Notes under the pieces: model-generated
Databases searched by the model: none
The model's input: only the letters and a program-made list of their open reading frames with translations
What the model was told of the DNA's origin: nothing
Made by a program: the position numbers and the translations under genes
Part shown: piece by piece, positions 61,611 to 64,000 of the stretch
Layout of the letters: each line of letters starts with the position of its first letter
How positions within the stretch are numbered: the first letter of the stretch is position 1
Assembly (NCBI RefSeq): GCF_963921235.1
Contig: NW_026948187.1
Location: 6,758,001-6,822,000 of the forward strand
Reading direction: 5' to 3'
Origin: Mobula hypostoma
Taxonomy: Eukaryota
Length of the DNA stretch: 64,000 bases

Positions 61611-62810
61611 CATTTCAGTGTCTGTCCATCTCTCTACCTATCTGTCAGTATGTCCTTCCTACGATATTGTACAGCCACTTCTGCAAAGCTAATCGTCCGG
61701 GCCGGATTACGATGGATCTGATATCGGGGCTCAGTGTGGCCTGTGGTGTACAACCACTGACGGCACAGGAGAACACAGCACAGTTTGTGTGACGCGGGCG
61801 CCAGCAGCAACCGCAGAGATGGGAGCGCAGGGCACAGATGCAGTCTACAGTCCAACTGAGGGCAACTGTCCTTCCGCTCCTCCCGCCGCACAGCACGGTT
61901 CGCTTTCCATTTAGCAGACGTTCAGAAAGCAGAGCTGCTTATAACGGAGGGGAAGTGACGTGAGGAGCAGACACGGGTGCGGATAGGGAGGGAACGAGGG
62001 TGGGAGAGAGACAGGAGGACCTTTCGAACACAAAGACGGAAATAAGGTTAAGTTCAACGAATACAGATGTATTGCCAAACGGCGCCACAAATGCAGACAG
62101 AAACAGAGGGATAGGAAGCGAGTATTCTATCACGCAGAATAACACAAGGAGAAGGAATAACAGATTGAAATTGGATGGATAAATGGATCGGTAGGTACTG
62201 AGATAAACATATAGATAAATAGATTGGCAGATAGATAGAGAGTCTGGTGATAGATTGGAGATACGTTTATATGAAATAAGGTAAAGACGCTCCTTCCCTC
62301 CGATAACTTCCAGGTCAACCCCGGCGGAGGTGTAGCACCCGTTCAGCCCCGATCGGCATCAGGTGTAACCACGGACGCATAATCGTACGTGAAGTCGGTG
62401 TATATCACGTCCTGACCACGGACCTACTGACGCCAGGCAGGCAACCTTTGGAGAGTATTTACACGAGTGTGGTCTCCCGTCCTGTAGAGCCACTGCCCAG
62501 AGGAAGGCAGTGGCAAAGCACTTCCGTAAGTTTGCCGAGGACAGTCACGGTCCTGATCGTCCACGTTGTATGGCCTGGATAGTTAGGTATCTGGATAGGC
62601 AGACCGATAGGTTTCGAAATCCACAGAAAAAGCGAGAGCGTTTGGATAGAGGTAGACAAAGAGAATGAGTGAAAACAAAGTCAACCTCCACAAATCATCA
62701 GAGAACGGAGACGGGAGGGTTGTATGAACGAGTCTAGAATTTGAATGTCGTCACTGATTGGTTCACGGAGGTGAAAGGCGTGACGAACCAACTTATCTCC
62801 AAGGTTACGC

Positions 62811-63110
62811 ATGGTCAGACCACAGTCTTGGTCAGCACTGGTTGTACCGGAATGTGCGGTCGAAGGCGGCGGTGTCACCAGCAATGACATGTTCGCGTGC
62901 ATATCCTTCCCGGGTAAGGGGCATCAGAACTTATTCCACTCATCCATTGCGCTGTCCGTGCAGTTCGAGGGCAGGGCGGACGGTTTTATGCCGAGCAGCA
63001 ACCATTTCAGGCAGAAGTCCTCCGGCCTCCTTGCGAATCCGTCAGCCGTTTATTTCTGAGCTAGGCGTATGAAAGGCTTTTCGGACAGACGACGGAGGAG
63101 CTGATCAAGA
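62811..63110 (+). pseudogene. Decayed B-like V pseudogene
   Basis: PECAVEGGGVTSNDMF..FPGKGHQNLFHSS..ADGF..KSSGLLANPSAVYF*; Trp41 lost, Cys104->TGA; spacer relic GACGGAGGAGC. Confidence 0.8.
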
Positions 63111-63423
63111 CCCCTCGCAGTCTCGAGAGGGCGGGTTTCCGGGGATGGACGTACCGTCGGCAACGCAGAATTTCGCCGACTTGTCAATCAGTGAGCGGGC
63201 GGCGTCTGTAGTCACAAGACGCAGTGTAGCGGCCAGTCAGAGAAGGGTGCCGGTGGGAAAATTCATTTCGCGCTTTCTTTTATTTAGAAAGACACAGTGG
63301 AAGAGCCCCTTTCCGCCCAACGAGCAACACAGCTGAGAAAACCAGTACCCTAACCCTAGACCAAGAACATTACGAGGTAAAATATCCAATTCAGCTACTA
63401 ATCTGCACCTGCTCGGACTGTGG

Positions 63424-63530
63424 TGTCACGTACCCCGTGACGGGAATAAAGAACCAGCAGAGATTGAAAACACTTTGGGACTCCTGTATTGCTATGAACT
63501 AATAATATTTATCAGTAACTAGAACATGGA
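63424..63530 (+). mobile_element. Possible LTR-retrotransposon LTR 5' fragment
   Basis: Starts TGTCACGTACCCCGTGACGGG, an LTR-like TG start recalled from ray repeats; not verified. Confidence 0.35.
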
Positions 63531-63566
63531 AATGCAAAGGGACCAATACTAGCTCTTCCTTCAGTT

Positions 63567-63602
63567 AGTCCTGACGAAGGGACTCGGACTGAAACGTCGA
63601 CT
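63567..63602 (+). ncRNA. Second minimal hammerhead motif in a solo Penelope terminal-repeat fragment (~63550-63665)
   Basis: AGTC-CTGACGA-AGGGACTCGGACT-GAAACGTC-GACT; flanks match 38880-39010. Confidence 0.65.
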
Positions 63603-64000
63603 GCACCTCTTCCTAGAGATGCTGCCTGGCCTGTTGCGTTCACCAGCAACTTTTATGTGTGTTACTGTCAATCAAAGCCGGTCGCCACTGCGGGGCTGTC
63701 ACTCAGAAGAGGATAGGAGCGGAAACACTTACGGAAGACATCCTGAATATTCGTAACGGGTGTACCTCTTCCTTCCTCTCCCTGACCCATCACAATTGAA
63801 ACGGGTAATGGATATCACACAGAATAGGGCAGAATGTCCTGTTTCTCATTAAGAGATCCTTTAACTTCTCACTTCTCCCCGTCACCCTTTGAGATGCATC
63901 GGCCGCCGACATCTGGCCGAGAAAGTCCCCTGTCCTGAGCCAGACGTTCACCTTGTCCTCAGGTGTGGCCGATCTTCGAAGAACATTCCTCTCCCTGGTG

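Noticed and set aside
1-64000. Assignment as IgH, IgL, IgNAR or NAR-TCR V genes; also CRISPR-like or prokaryotic systems
   Set aside because: WYRQ/WYRH FR2, CAW ends and 23-RSS without adjacent D-J-C miniclusters fit a translocon TCR (beta-like) V array better, although chain identity needs a database check. The repeats are multi-kb segmental duplications in intron-containing eukaryotic DNA, not spacer arrays.

Overview
Vertebrate (cartilaginous fish, probably a ray; inferred from the retroelement complement and V-family motifs) genomic DNA containing part of the variable-segment cluster of an antigen-receptor locus, most likely T-cell receptor beta (TRBV-like). Each gene has a 37-nt leader exon, an intron, a V exon (C23..W41..YFCAW) and a 23-bp-spacer RSS. 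I find 9 ORF-intact V genes (2 of them with a CAC->CAT heptamer lesion), 4 full-length pseudogenes and about 9 fragments or relics, in three families (here A, B, C; labels are mine) and on both strands. No D, J or C segments are in the window. The V genes are built from repeated head-to-head units, and 40-54 kb is an inverted mosaic copy of pieces of 14-36 kb. Spacers are filled with CR1, Rex1/Babar, L1, RTE and Penelope-like fragments, SINEs and microsatellites; there are five N-gaps. Most ORFs in the supplied track are spurious (simple repeats, antisense frames, N runs). The main second-look items are a near-consensus cryptic 23-RSS hidden in the leader exons, AGY serine partitioning into CDR loops, an Ig-type octamer promoter on family A, CpG-fragile heptamers, CRE clusters 3' of the RSS, and two minimal hammerhead ribozymes.
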